Counted from the stretch's first letter, positions 32,931 through 42,956 are shown. The stretch is DNA of 64,000 nucleotides from Patescibacteria group bacterium UBA5147 (GCA_002415345.1 DHXV01000002.1:76155-140154), one strand, 5' to 3'. Numbers and translations: made by a program. Notes: generated by a model not told the origin, from the letters alone.

Positions 32931-33616
32931 TTGAGCTTGTTATCGTTCTCCTGGCGGCCGGGGTGGCTTACTGGCAGATCTCACGCTCCGGAGCCAATCA
33001 ACCGGGCATGGCACCCTTGGCGCCGTCATCGGCCAAATCGCCTCAACTCGCCCAGCTGATCGAGTATGCCAACCGTCTCTACGGCGAAAAGAAGTGGCTA
33101 TCGGCTGAGAAAGCCTTTTTGAACGTCCTCAAACTTGATCACAAGAACGTCGGTGCCTACAGCCACCTGGGCATAATCTATTCGATGCAAAAGAACCTGC
33201 CGGACGCAATCGAGTGCTTTGAGATCGCGGCCCGCTTGCGCCCGTCAGGCAGCACCTACCAAAATTTGGGCATGGCCTACTATGAAAACAAAAATTCCGT
33301 TAAATCTGCCGCCGCCTTCGATAAATCAATCATGTTCGAGCCGTCGGTAAGTCGCTACATCGGGCTTAGCAAAGCCAAGAAGCAACTGTCGGATCCCAAT
33401 GGGACCATCCGCGCTTTGGAGCAGGCCGCCAAGCTTGAGCCAAGTGAGCGAATCCTGCTTCTCCTGGAAACCGCCTACATCGAGGGCAAACGGCGCGATG
33501 AGGGCCGTGCCATCAAGGACCGCATCGCCGCACTCTCGAAAGAAAGTGGGGGATACATCCCGAAGCGGGCCGCCGCCCAACCGCGTCCGACCGCCGCCCG
33601 AACCCATAGCGCTTGA
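32927..33616 (+). CDS. Membrane-anchored TPR-repeat protein
   Basis: 229 aa; N-terminal TM then TPR-like repeats (AYSHLGIIY..., YQNLGMAYY...). Confidence 0.5.
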   Translation: MIELVIVLLAAGVAYWQISRSGANQPGMAPLAPSSAKSPQLAQLIEYANRLYGEKKWLSAEKAFLNVLKLDHKNVGAYSHLGIIYSMQKNLPDAIECFEIAARLRPSGSTYQNLGMAYYENKNSVKSAAAFDKSIMFEPSVSRYIGLSKAKKQLSDPNGTIRALEQAAKLEPSERILLLLETAYIEGKRRDEGRAIKDRIAALSKESGGYIPKRAAAQPRPTAARTHSA

Positions 33617-33693
33617 TATTAACCCGCTCTACTGGTACGATAACGTGGTTGAAATCGAGCTGCCGAGAGTGATTCTTCGGCGTTAAATATACG

Positions 33694-33768
33694 CCGGTGT
33701 AGCTCAATGGTAGAGCAACTGTTTTGTAAACAGTAGGTTACGGGTTCAATTCCTGTCACCGGCTCCAG
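33694..33768 (+). tRNA. tRNA-Thr (anticodon TGT)
   Basis: Cloverleaf read by hand: acceptor GCCGGTG/CACCGGC, anticodon stem ACTGT/ACAGT with loop TTTGTAA, T-loop GGTTCAATTCC, 3' CCA encoded. Confidence 0.85.
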
Positions 33769-33786
33769 TTTTGCCTCAACAACCTG

Positions 33787-33871
33787 CCGGGTTACTCAAG
33801 TGGCCAACGAGGGCTGACTGTAAATCAGCTGACTTTCGTCTTCGGGGGTTCAAATCCCTCACCCGGCACCA
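33787..33871 (+). tRNA. tRNA-Tyr (anticodon GTA) with long variable arm
   Basis: Acceptor GCCGGGT/ACCCGGC, anticodon loop CTGTAAA, 85 nt, 3' CCA encoded. Confidence 0.8.
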
Positions 33872-33907
33872 TAAACTCTGCTCATGCTCAAGCAGCTTGG
33901 GCTACAA

Positions 33908-33982
<75 letters not shown>

Positions 33983-34005
33983 TTAACAAGGTATCATTAC
34001 CCGTC

Positions 34006-34194
34006 ATGAAACGATTGACGCTCAGCCAATCCGACAAGAAACTGACCGGCCTCTGCGGAGGAATCGCGGCCTATTTCGACGTCGACCCGACGGTTGTGCG
34101 GCTAATCACCCTGACAATTATTATTATGACCCCGCCGTTCGGAGCAATCGCATACCTGCTCGGAGCCGTGATCACACCAAAAGGAGACAATTAA
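34006..34194 (+). CDS. PspC-domain small membrane protein
   Basis: Start at internal ATG 34006 (ORF-track start 33922 would overlap the tRNA). [21 protein letters not shown] is a typical PspC domain. Confidence 0.6.
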   Translation: MKRLTLSQSDKKLTGLCGGIAAYFDVDPTVVRLITLTIIIMTPPFGAIAYLLGAVITPKGDN

Positions 34195-34195
34195 C

Positions 34196-34357
34196 GTGCC
34201 AAAGCGCAACCGACCATATGTGGCCCTGGAATGCCAGAGCTGCCATAACCGTAACTACACCACATCCAAGAACCCCAAGAACACCACTGATCGCCTGGAA
34301 CTGAAGAAGTTTTGTAAGCACGAGCAGAAGGTCCTGGCCCACAAAGAGACTAAGTAA
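34196..34357 (+). CDS. rpmG: 50S ribosomal protein L33
   Basis: GTG start; 53 aa [53 protein letters not shown] with Zn-ribbon Cys pairs. Below the ORF-track cutoff. Confidence 0.9.
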   Translation: MPKRNRPYVALECQSCHNRNYTTSKNPKNTTDRLELKKFCKHEQKVLAHKETK

Positions 34358-34519
34358 CCCCTTAGCGCCTCAAAACGCTCCTGGAGGCTCATAGACCGGC
34401 TACACAGCCCTTACCTATGGGCCTCTCGGCATGTCCAGGGACTTTCAGGCGCGTTACGTAGCGGTAAGGCTGTACCACACGGCGTGCCTTAGGTTACAAT
34501 AAGCGGGTTCGACACATTT

Positions 34520-34594
34520 AGGGGTATAGTACAGCGGTTAGTACAAGGGTCTCCAAAACCTTAGACCGTGGTTCGATTCCACGTACCCCTGCCA
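34520..34594 (+). tRNA. tRNA-Trp (anticodon CCA)
   Basis: Acceptor AGGGGTA/TACCCCT, anticodon loop CTCCAAA, T-loop GGTTCGATTCC, 3' CCA encoded. Confidence 0.85.
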
Positions 34595-34970
34595 TATAGT
34601 TTTTGGCTTTCCTAAGCCGACAAATCGTGCAATTTTAGTGTATAATTCTGCTAACGTAAAATTATACTTTCCTAGAGCCATTATTCAGTTCGAATCCTAT
34701 CACCCATATCGTCAAACAGCACATATATCGTTCAATACACACGTGACGGTCTTGTGTAAACAACTGACAGCATTAATTTAATATGGTACCTGATTATAAC
34801 TAAATATTTGCCCATATTTCCCCAGAGTATTTGGGCTCTATGGCACGAATACCCTGGGGTATTAACTATTATCCAGAAGTAGCTGACGGCAATTTGGCTG
34901 TACAAAGCACTACCATTAACCTATCGTTAATACGGCTCGGAAAATCCGAGCTGTATTTCGACAAAAGGAG

Positions 34971-37067
34971 GTGGGCGTCGTGAGACGACGCTCAACGCGA
35001 GGAGCAATTCTCGCCATCGTACCTTTAGCACTGGCCATAATGGCCAGCGTATCGGGGCAGTCTCCCGCTAGTGCATCGGTCACCACCAATGTATTCGCAG
35101 GGACCGGTACAGCTGGTTTTAGTGGCGACACCGGAAACGCAACGGGCGCTGAGCTCAACGCGCCACAGGGAGTAGCTGCAGATGCCGCTGGTAACGTCTA
35201 CATCTTTGATAGTCAGAACCACCGAATTAGAGAAGTAGGCATCGACGGAAACATTCAGACAATCGCCGGGAACGGCTCAGGGTGCAGCACAACAGGGCTC
35301 AGCAACGTGTTCGGACCTGACAATCCAGGCATCTGTTCAAGTAGTTACCCTGTGGGCTTTGCCTCAGATGCGGCTGGTGAACTCTACTTTAATAATGGCG
35401 GCTGGGTAGATGAGACATCCTCGAATGGGTCACTCGACCACATCGCTGGCAAGGTAACTGGGAACTATTACCCAGGTGACGGCACCGCATTCAGTGTCAA
35501 TGTCGCCCCCAATAGTCTTGCCTCTGACGGCCAAGGTGGGCTGTATATTGCTGAAGGTAGCACCAGTGGCGTGCCGGGCTACAGCATAAAGTACTTGAGT
35601 TCAGACGGAATTGTCAGCACTTCCGCAGGAATGGCTAGTACCTCACTGTGCAACTCTTACCCCTACGATGGAGAAGCGGCTGCTGGAGCTTGCATCCACC
35701 CCCAAGACCTCACTCTATGGGGCCACTACCTGTACTTCTTCGACACATCGTCCGGCTATCAAGGCCCAGAAATGTATCGGATCGACCTCAGTCAGTCTAC
35801 GCTTTACCTAACAAAAATCGCAGGTACGGGGAGCTGGAGCGATTACGGTAACACCGGACTTGCGGTTAACGCCGGCATTAGCCATGTTGGCCCAATCGCT
35901 GTAAGCAGTACGGGACAGGTATACTTTGGTAACATTAGTACTGGTGAAATACGTACAATTGACTCATCCGCAGATGTTCAAGACGTCACCACTTTTTCAT
36001 CGGGCATAAATAGTATGGCTTTCGCCGCGGATGATATCCTGTACGCCTCAGTGCCAAGTAGCAATAAAGTGATGAAGGTAACGGGTCTTGGTTCTGTGGC
36101 AAACAATGGAAGACTGGTTTCTCTAGGCGACAGTGTCGCAGCTGGTGAGGGTATCAACTACGGCTTTGTATGGAATGGCTCTGGATGGACTCAGTCCGGA
36201 CCCACAAGTCCAACATGGACCGATACAACCTCAGCAACTGGAAGTAACTATCAAGTCTGCCACCAGTCAGCTTTTGCTTACAGTCGACTTCTTTACACGA
36301 GGTACCAAGTCCAGAACATGGCCTGCACTGGGGCAAGTGCCGTGCTGAATGGCATACTCGATGACCAGATAATCGGCAGTACCGACGTCCCTGCACAGCT
36401 TGGATGGTGTGGATCGAGTTGTAGTGGTGGAGAGCCTAACACGTATTACGATGGTACCTCTCATAGTAACGAACCCGATGTAGTAACCTTGACGGTCGGT
36501 ATGGATGATATCGATTTCGGATATTGGCTCAACCAATGCTATCAGCCGCTAGCAGGCGACTGTAATACCGACCCTAACGATGCCGAGGTCGATAGCTCAA
36601 TATCGGCGGCGGAGGCAGGACTGAATGGAGTCCTTCAAGAGATACATGACCGCGGGGTTGCGGCGGGTAAGTTGCCGCATGTTTTCGTGACTGGCTATTA
36701 CAATCCGTTCCCGTCTACATATCCGGGCAGCCCTTGCAAGGATCTAGTGCCGGTTGGCTGGGCCAACGCTGGTCTTAGTCCAAATGAAGCCGGTTGGATA
36801 GAAGATGAGCTTGGTCTCATGAATAGCAACATCAGCTACGAGGCGAGTTTGTTCGCCAATGTCACCTATGTGGATATGTCGACCGTAATCAACGGCCACG
36901 GAATATGCTCATCTGATCCCTGGGTCTTTGGAGCTTCTATTGACGCGCCGGCCATCTTCGGCGGCACCGGACTCTCCGGCAACATGGCACCTTTTCATCC
37001 GACACCAGCCGGGCAGTACGCTATGTATCAGGCTGTGAACGCCGAGATGGTGTCACTAGGATACTAG
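34971..37067 (+). CDS. Secreted NHL-repeat beta-propeller protein fused to C-terminal SGNH/GDSL hydrolase domain
   Basis: GTG start at 34971 or 34980 with AAAAGGAGG RBS; signal peptide AILAIVPLALAIMASVS; NHL repeat NAPQGVAADAAGNVYIFDSQNHRIREV; SGNH blocks VSLGDSVAAGEG, GYYNP, APFHPTPAGQ. Confidence 0.6.
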   Translation: MGVVRRRSTRGAILAIVPLALAIMASVSGQSPASASVTTNVFAGTGTAGFSGDTGNATGAELNAPQGVAADAAGNVYIFDSQNHRIREVGIDGNIQTIAGNGSGCSTTGLSNVFGPDNPGICSSSYPVGFASDAAGELYFNNGGWVDETSSNGSLDHIAGKVTGNYYPGDGTAFSVNVAPNSLASDGQGGLYIAEGSTSGVPGYSIKYLSSDGIVSTSAGMASTSLCNSYPYDGEAAAGACIHPQDLTLWGHYLYFFDTSSGYQGPEMYRIDLSQSTLYLTKIAGTGSWSDYGNTGLAVNAGISHVGPIAVSSTGQVYFGNISTGEIRTIDSSADVQDVTTFSSGINSMAFAADDILYASVPSSNKVMKVTGLGSVANNGRLVSLGDSVAAGEGINYGFVWNGSGWTQSGPTSPTWTDTTSATGSNYQVCHQSAFAYSRLLYTRYQVQNMACTGASAVLNGILDDQIIGSTDVPAQLGWCGSSCSGGEPNTYYDGTSHSNEPDVVTLTVGMDDIDFGYWLNQCYQPLAGDCNTDPNDAEVDSSISAAEAGLNGVLQEIHDRGVAAGKLPHVFVTGYYNPFPSTYPGSPCKDLVPVGWANAGLSPNEAGWIEDELGLMNSNISYEASLFANVTYVDMSTVINGHGICSSDPWVFGASIDAPAIFGGTGLSGNMAPFHPTPAGQYAMYQAVNAEMVSLGY

Positions 37068-37216
37068 CATCGGCGATAAGCATACCGGGAGGGGATGACC
37101 TTCCTGGTTAAATAGGTGTCAGCCCTGGCCAACTCACGAGTAATACTCGTGCAGATTGAGCCAGGACTGACACCATTAGCATTATGTTATTGTTGTAATA
37201 AATAAGGACTACTTCA

Positions 37217-37507
37217 TTGAAAAATATCAACCGTTACCCACTTGCTGCAATATTCGCCGTAATAAGTTTGATTTGTACTCGTACTGCAAATCTTAATACA
37301 ACTAGTATTTATCCTCATGTAGTTTTCTATATTTTTTGGGTTAGTCTTGGCCTAACATTTATATTGGGCGTTTATGGTTTACTGAGTGCAATTATGCGGC
37401 AAAGAAGCTGGATATTGGGGATTTCTGACTTATTGTCATTGGGTATATTAATTGGGTATGCATGGATATTAGTTATCCTAGAACATAGTCTTCGCTTTAC
37501 TCCTTAA
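37217..37507 (+). CDS. Small membrane protein (hypothetical, AT-rich)
   Basis: 96 aa; 3 hydrophobic helices; low-GC segment. Confidence 0.35.
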   Translation: MKNINRYPLAAIFAVISLICTRTANLNTTSIYPHVVFYIFWVSLGLTFILGVYGLLSAIMRQRSWILGISDLLSLGILIGYAWILVILEHSLRFTP

Positions 37508-37742
37508 GTTGCCGAACTTAGCGCACTCCCACAAACACAGCTTTAGTATTAGTGGGAGCCCACATGGGATGACACGAGACCTGTGGCTATCGAGGAAAAT
37601 ATCTCGTCTCGAATCAATTTAGGGTCTAGTTTGATTCACCTGTACGAATTCGATAAGCGGGATCATCAAAGTATTAAATATAGGTCCATCTAAGCTCCCT
37701 TAACGCCTCGGATAGTTCATTGTTACCTATAGTTGAGTCCTA

Positions 37743-38222
37743 TTACAAGAATCTGCTTAGTTTCACGAACGCTAGCATCTCCCCTGAAATCTCCTCAGAC
37801 TCAATTCGTCGCATAACCTCACAACTCGAATTTTGAGACAGTATATTAAGACTGCCTTCATACAAAATATTGCCATCTAGAATAGCCAACTTCCGGTGGT
37901 GGTTATTCGTGTATAGCACCTGAACACCCATCTCCTGCAGCTCAGTTATGGCATTGCCGGCTTCAGCCGTCATGCGCAGGTCGTGCTCCTGCGGGTCCCT
38001 GGTATTAATTATTACTCGAACTCCTCGTTTCGTAAGCCTACGAAACGTGGGGTAAAGCGCAATCATGCGCTTACGGGTTATAAAGGGGCTCTCAATGACC
38101 ACCTCGCGGCTACACTTACTTAAGTCGTTCAGGAACGCAGGGTAAAACGATTCTTCATTGTACAGTCTGGACGAGAGTAGGGGAGTCGGGTCAGCCCGCT
38201 TGCAGATGTATTTGAATATCAT
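37743..38222 (-). CDS. Phospholipase D-family HKD nuclease (Nuc-like)
   Basis: 159 aa; HKD motif HRKLAILDGNILYEGSLN; size and motif fit the single-HKD Nuc endonuclease type; low-GC gene. Confidence 0.6.
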   Translation of the reverse strand: MIFKYICKRADPTPLLSSRLYNEESFYPAFLNDLSKCSREVVIESPFITRKRMIALYPTFRRLTKRGVRVIINTRDPQEHDLRMTAEAGNAITELQEMGVQVLYTNNHHRKLAILDGNILYEGSLNILSQNSSCEVMRRIESEEISGEMLAFVKLSRFL

Positions 38223-38393
38223 GAGGTCGGCTCCTCGTCCTCGCTTTCATCGGGTGCATCTTCAAACAGGGCTCGGATTTCATCGGGATTGCACTCGACG
38301 TCTTGGTCAAAAGTTTGGTTCCAGAACATCCTCCCCTGCCAGTACTCATGCAAGGCTCTGTAGAGCCAAAAAACAATATAATATTCCAACCTA
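38223..38393 (-). CDS. Small acidic ORF translationally coupled to the HKD nuclease (hypothetical)
   Basis: Minus-strand frame ...MFWNQTFDQDVECNPDEIRALFEDAPDESEDEEPTS, whose stop TGA overlaps the nuclease ATG (ATGA). Start ambiguous: ATG gives ~36 aa, an upstream TTG gives ~57 aa. Below the ORF-track cutoff. Confidence 0.3.
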
Positions 38394-38529
38394 ATTTTCA
38401 GTAACTGAATGAATAGACAAAGTTGTTGAGTTAATTCTACTTATCCAGAGCCATAAAAGTTTGCAATCAATAGGCAATCCTTCATACTCGTAGAGTCCAC
38501 CTGCAACTTCGCAGTGGACGCTCTTCGAA

Positions 38530-40827
38530 ATGAAAGGTGTTGTCGTGTCTAATCGACCGGCACCAAATGTAAGACAGGGGCTTGGCTTCGCGCTCAGCCT
38601 CGTACTCGGGCTAGGAATCCTAGTCGGAATCCCTGTCGCCGTCATCGTGGCGACGCCACAAACGGCCCACGCTTCCGTTGCTAGTGGCGAGATCGCCTTC
38701 GTGCGACATTCAACGAGTGGAATCGTGGTGAACAAGCTCGCAATCCGTCATTCGAATGGCAGCGTCACGGACATCTTGACGCTTGACTCCAATGACTACG
38801 ACGCAGTGCCGGTCGTCTCCCCAGATGGTAGTCAGATCGCGTTCTGGAGCCGCCGATTCTGTTACGGCTCCTGCGGTGCTGGGATCATGGTAGTCAACAG
38901 TGACGGCAGTAACCTTCAGGCACTCACCACGCCATCATCGAGCAATGTCTTCGTCGACTGGTACCCCTCCTGGTCACCGGACGGCCAATGGTTAGCCTTC
39001 CGAGAGGACGTTGGCAGCAACCCACCGCAGATCAAAAAAATTCAGGCAGACGGCACGTCTGAGTCTACGGTGAGCCAGGACAGCACCAAGATCTATGACC
39101 ACCCCGCCTGGTCGCCCAACACGACCGGAACGCAGAAGATAGCCTTCTCGCGCTACGGCGGTGCGGACGCCCAAATCTACACGATGAACACGGACGGCTC
39201 TAGTGAGACGGCCGTACCAAGCCAACCGAGCCGGTACAACGACGAGGTCGTCTTTGACCCGAGCAACAGCTCACGCCTGTACTTCCATAGTATGGGCTAT
39301 GGCGGGTACTCGTTCATTTACGGTATCGACACTAACGGCAGCAATCTGGTTCAGGTGGCTTCACCCGGCTACGAGGACCCAGAGTCTCCGACTGTGTCGC
39401 CCGACGGCAGCAAAGTCTCATATTACCTCTTCCCCGACCTCTATGAGGCCAACACTGATGGCACAGGGTCGGAGATCGATCTGACGAGCAGCTCTGGTAA
39501 CGTCAACCTGAGCCCTGCCTATGTGTCTGCAACCTGGCCGCCAGTTCCGCCCAGCAACGCAACCGTGGCCGTAAATGCAGCCACGGCGCATGATGCGCCG
39601 TACACACGCCAGATCACGGTCGGTCTATCGGCAGCGGGCAACAAGTGGTACGACTACGGCTGGTCTACCTCGAGCACTGTGGCTCCAACGAGCAACCTGC
39701 AGCGGTCTACCGACATGGTTAATCGCAATGGAGTACTCAACTACATGGGTATAGAGGTCGGGTCAACCACTACGTGGAATGGAGGAACTCAACCGGGACA
39801 GAACTGGTACCTATGGGTGCGCTCGGTTCAGACCAACGGCACGATCAACGCCTGGGGCACTCCGCTGTTGGTGCATACGCCAAGACGACCTGTCTGGGTA
39901 GGCGTTGGGGACTCGTACAGCAGCGGGCATCACCAGGATTCGGACGAACCATGGTGCCCGAATCAGAGTGACACTGGGTTCCCTGAAACCTACATCAACT
40001 GTCCAGCAGGCGGACTTGATCTCACCCCGAACGACCTTAATTACTCTTGGGTCAAGAAAGCTGTAGACAGCTACAACACAGCCCTGCATGCGCCCACCGA
40101 TCCCACAACGGGATGGTCGTACGGCCTCGATCTAGTCGCCGCAAGTGGCGCCTGGACGTCGTCGTTCGGTGTAGCCGAAACCACCCCTGGCACCGACGAG
40201 TGGGCAAGCGGTACTGCGCAGTCCTACTCCATTCGGTCGGACCTTTACGGCCTCTACGACTCATGGCCTGTAGTGAGCATGACTGGAGGAGCCAACGACA
40301 CCAATTGGGCAGACAAGCTGAGTGATTTCTACAAAAGGCACTTCACAGAGCTGTCACCTGTTGCACCATGGGCCGTATCGACTTCAGATCCCTCCACTGA
40401 TTGCCCCGACAGTCAGTCGGTCTGGAATTGGCTCAAAGCCAACCAGCTCGATGGTCGGACCCTGGACGCACACATCCAAACTAACCTCCAGGGCATCGTC
40501 ACAGTAGCCACCCGCTACTCATCAGGAGTGCGGGTAATCAACATGGGTTACCCCTACATGGTGAACGCGGCGAACAGCTGCTCAGCCGATTCGGGTTCTT
40601 GGCATGGGTCGAAGAGTGTGATCGATGACCTAAACGCCGTTCATACGGCTGTCACCGGCGCCAATGTCCACTACATCAGCCTCACTGCGGCTACCGGCTT
40701 CGGGCCGAACCCCATTGCTGCCGGTGACCTTCAGCTACGAAGGTTGTACGGCTATCCGCATCCGGTAGACACCGGCCAGACGGTAATGGCTAACATATCC
40801 GTCAGCAATCTGAGCGGCGCTTGGTAA
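38530..40827 (+). CDS. Secreted PD40/TolB-like beta-propeller protein fused to SGNH/GDSL hydrolase domain
   Basis: 765 aa; signal/TM LGFALSLVLGLGILVGIPVAVIVA; PD40-like repeats (VVSPDGSQIAFWS, SWSPDGQWLAFRE, AWSPNTTGTQKIAFSR); SGNH blocks VGVGDSYSSG and MTGGANDTNW. Confidence 0.6.
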   Translation: MKGVVVSNRPAPNVRQGLGFALSLVLGLGILVGIPVAVIVATPQTAHASVASGEIAFVRHSTSGIVVNKLAIRHSNGSVTDILTLDSNDYDAVPVVSPDGSQIAFWSRRFCYGSCGAGIMVVNSDGSNLQALTTPSSSNVFVDWYPSWSPDGQWLAFREDVGSNPPQIKKIQADGTSESTVSQDSTKIYDHPAWSPNTTGTQKIAFSRYGGADAQIYTMNTDGSSETAVPSQPSRYNDEVVFDPSNSSRLYFHSMGYGGYSFIYGIDTNGSNLVQVASPGYEDPESPTVSPDGSKVSYYLFPDLYEANTDGTGSEIDLTSSSGNVNLSPAYVSATWPPVPPSNATVAVNAATAHDAPYTRQITVGLSAAGNKWYDYGWSTSSTVAPTSNLQRSTDMVNRNGVLNYMGIEVGSTTTWNGGTQPGQNWYLWVRSVQTNGTINAWGTPLLVHTPRRPVWVGVGDSYSSGHHQDSDEPWCPNQSDTGFPETYINCPAGGLDLTPNDLNYSWVKKAVDSYNTALHAPTDPTTGWSYGLDLVAASGAWTSSFGVAETTPGTDEWASGTAQSYSIRSDLYGLYDSWPVVSMTGGANDTNWADKLSDFYKRHFTELSPVAPWAVSTSDPSTDCPDSQSVWNWLKANQLDGRTLDAHIQTNLQGIVTVATRYSSGVRVINMGYPYMVNAANSCSADSGSWHGSKSVIDDLNAVHTAVTGANVHYISLTAATGFGPNPIAAGDLQLRRLYGYPHPVDTGQTVMANISVSNLSGAW

Positions 40828-40839
40828 TAAGCATCAAAA

Positions 40840-40877
40840 AGTCCTGGTCCCTAGCAATTTTGCGAGGGACCAGGACT
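40840..40877 (+). terminator. 13-bp perfect hairpin after the 38530 gene
   Basis: AGTCCTGGTCCCT-(12 nt)-AGGGACCAGGACT, 13 nt after the stop; weak T-tract. Confidence 0.5.
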
Positions 40878-40917
40878 TAAACTTTATTGATTACAAGTAA
40901 TTTTCCATGTAGCATAA

Positions 40918-41190
40918 GTGGTAATGGCAAAATCATCCTTTTCAAATCTGAAGCTCGGAGTTGTCTCGATAATTCTCGGCATACTGTCGTGGCTGATGTA
41001 CTTTTCGCCCCTTTCTCAAGTCTCGATACCCCATAGAACTGCTAGTGCTGTTCTGGGCATAGTGGGGTTTGCGTTTGGTGCAATGAGCGTAAAAACCAAA
41101 GCCGGCGTTGTAGGCATAGCCCTGAGTCTACTCGCAGTTATGTATGCTTTGTTTTTCGTCGTGTTAGCAGCTATGTACCTGAATAGCTAG
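40918..41190 (+). CDS. Small membrane protein (3 TM, hypothetical)
   Basis: 90 aa; hydrophobic. Confidence 0.4.
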   Translation: MVMAKSSFSNLKLGVVSIILGILSWLMYFSPLSQVSIPHRTASAVLGIVGFAFGAMSVKTKAGVVGIALSLLAVMYALFFVVLAAMYLNS

Positions 41191-41481
41191 TTCTCTGGCT
41201 CCGGTTCGAGCACAATATTGTGTATGAAGGCTCGGTAGAACTAATCCTCATCGTGAAGCGTTGACGTTAATAAATCGGCTGGAGCGGGTTTATTGCGGGT
41301 TAGAAGGTCGAACATGATAGTGATCCTAGTTTAAGTTACTCAGAAGTTTCAAACGGGGTCATACATCTCGTATCAAATTTAAGGGGGAAGTTCTATCATC
41401 GGACTGAGCGCCCTGCCATGGAATTATGATTTCTTCTGAAGCTTCGTTGTAGTAAACGAAAGCAGGGCGTAGAATCGGCCT

Positions 41482-41874
41482 ATGAATGGGATACTTAACA
41501 CTGGATTAAACTTCTGGCAATTCATTGTTGCCATTTTTACTATTGTTTTTAGCTTTGTCGCAATCAAAATAAGCTTTAATTTTGACCTCAACAAGTATCT
41601 GGAAAGTAGGCGGGACTCATATACCCAGAAACTCAAAAATGCCTGCACTCACGTGCAGCTTAAGCCTACAAACGATGGCCAAATCCAAGGGCAATCACTA
41701 TATGTCTCTCCCCGGGGGACTATACAGTGGCAATGCCAGCGCTGCGGAAATGTTACCCACGACCTAGGAGATGAATTTCAGGGGGCAGTGAGTTACTACC
41801 TTAAAAACATAGACGAATATCATAAGAAAAATAAGAGGTTTAGCAAGCTCTTAAAGAAGAGTGGCCAAGTTTAG
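41482..41874 (+). CDS. Membrane-anchored hypothetical protein with CxxC pair (AT-rich gene)
   Basis: 130 aa; N-terminal TM; CQRCG motif; low GC. Confidence 0.35.
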   Translation: MNGILNTGLNFWQFIVAIFTIVFSFVAIKISFNFDLNKYLESRRDSYTQKLKNACTHVQLKPTNDGQIQGQSLYVSPRGTIQWQCQRCGNVTHDLGDEFQGAVSYYLKNIDEYHKKNKRFSKLLKKSGQV

Positions 41875-42019
41875 CTCAACAGAGATTGCAGATTTGCGAT
41901 TGCACCTGCGTGAGTCTCTACCGGAGCGGTTCGAAACTCGGACTGCCACCCCTGCCAGGAATTATTGGAACCCGATTTTTGGATTCTTTTGTTTGGTCTA
42001 AACGCGGATATCTCGTAAC

Positions 42020-42892
42020 ATGGAGCCAATGAAATACTCCACCGGACAAGCTTTTCTTGATGACCCAAGCAAGCGGGTAGCACTCATGGGTTTGAGCGGC
42101 GTCGGAAAGACAACTGCCTCCCGGCTCTTGTCGCCTGACGCGTGGTTTACTTATTCAGTTGATTACCGCATCTGGACGCATTATTTAGGCGATCAACTTA
42201 ATGATTACCTCAAGTCACTGGCTATGACGCACCCCGTATTAGGGGATCTGCTGCGCCGCGATGCCATCACTATCGAGCACCGTGTCGGTTTCGACAACTT
42301 GCTGGCCACCAGTGCCTTTATGGGCATGCTCGGCAACCCCGATCAGGGCGGCTCGACCACAGCCGATTTTGGGTTGCGCATGGCCGACCACGCCCGGGCC
42401 GAAGTTCAGGCCATGCTCGATATCCCGAACTTTATTCGTCGGGCCGAGCGGCTATACGGATATTCCAACTTCCTGGTTGATGCCACCGGTAGCGCCTGTG
42501 AGGTAATCGAGCCCGAAAATCACGATGATCCGGCCTTGAAAGTGCTCGAAGATACCTGTGTCGTCATCTATATCGAGGCTACCGCCGAACATCAACAGGA
42601 ACTAATCCGCCGTGCGGCCAGCTATCCCAAGCCCATCTATTACCGTCCCGACTTCATCGATGCCAACTTGCCGGGGCTGTTGGCCGACGAAAATACCGAG
42701 CGCGTCGAGAACCTTGATCCGAAAGTGGTGGGCCGCTACTTATATCCCAGGTTGCTAGAACACCGTGCCCAACGCTACGGTGCCATCGCCGAACGTATCG
42801 GTTACACAGTGTCGATGGCTGACGTCATCGGAGTCAAAACCGGCCAGTCCGTACTGGAACTTGTCGCCGCCGCAATCGAGGAGCGAAAGTAG
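42020..42892 (+). CDS. P-loop NTPase/kinase-like protein
   Basis: 290 aa; Walker A LMGLSGVGKTTASR near the N-terminus; no other signature recognised. Confidence 0.45.
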   Translation: MEPMKYSTGQAFLDDPSKRVALMGLSGVGKTTASRLLSPDAWFTYSVDYRIWTHYLGDQLNDYLKSLAMTHPVLGDLLRRDAITIEHRVGFDNLLATSAFMGMLGNPDQGGSTTADFGLRMADHARAEVQAMLDIPNFIRRAERLYGYSNFLVDATGSACEVIEPENHDDPALKVLEDTCVVIYIEATAEHQQELIRRAASYPKPIYYRPDFIDANLPGLLADENTERVENLDPKVVGRYLYPRLLEHRAQRYGAIAERIGYTVSMADVIGVKTGQSVLELVAAAIEERK

Positions 42893-42956
42893 CCATTCCT
42901 AATGAATTTTATTGACTGCCGGGAGTATAATTCAGGATGAAATGAGGAATGTTATT

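Noticed and set aside
41925-41955. tRNA-like fragment (GGTTCGAAAC...ACCCCTGCCA)
   Set aside because: Not called as a tRNA or pseudo-tRNA: no foldable T-arm or acceptor pairing. Only 10 nt match the tRNA-Trp 3' end. Kept as a weak att-scar hypothesis in the findings.
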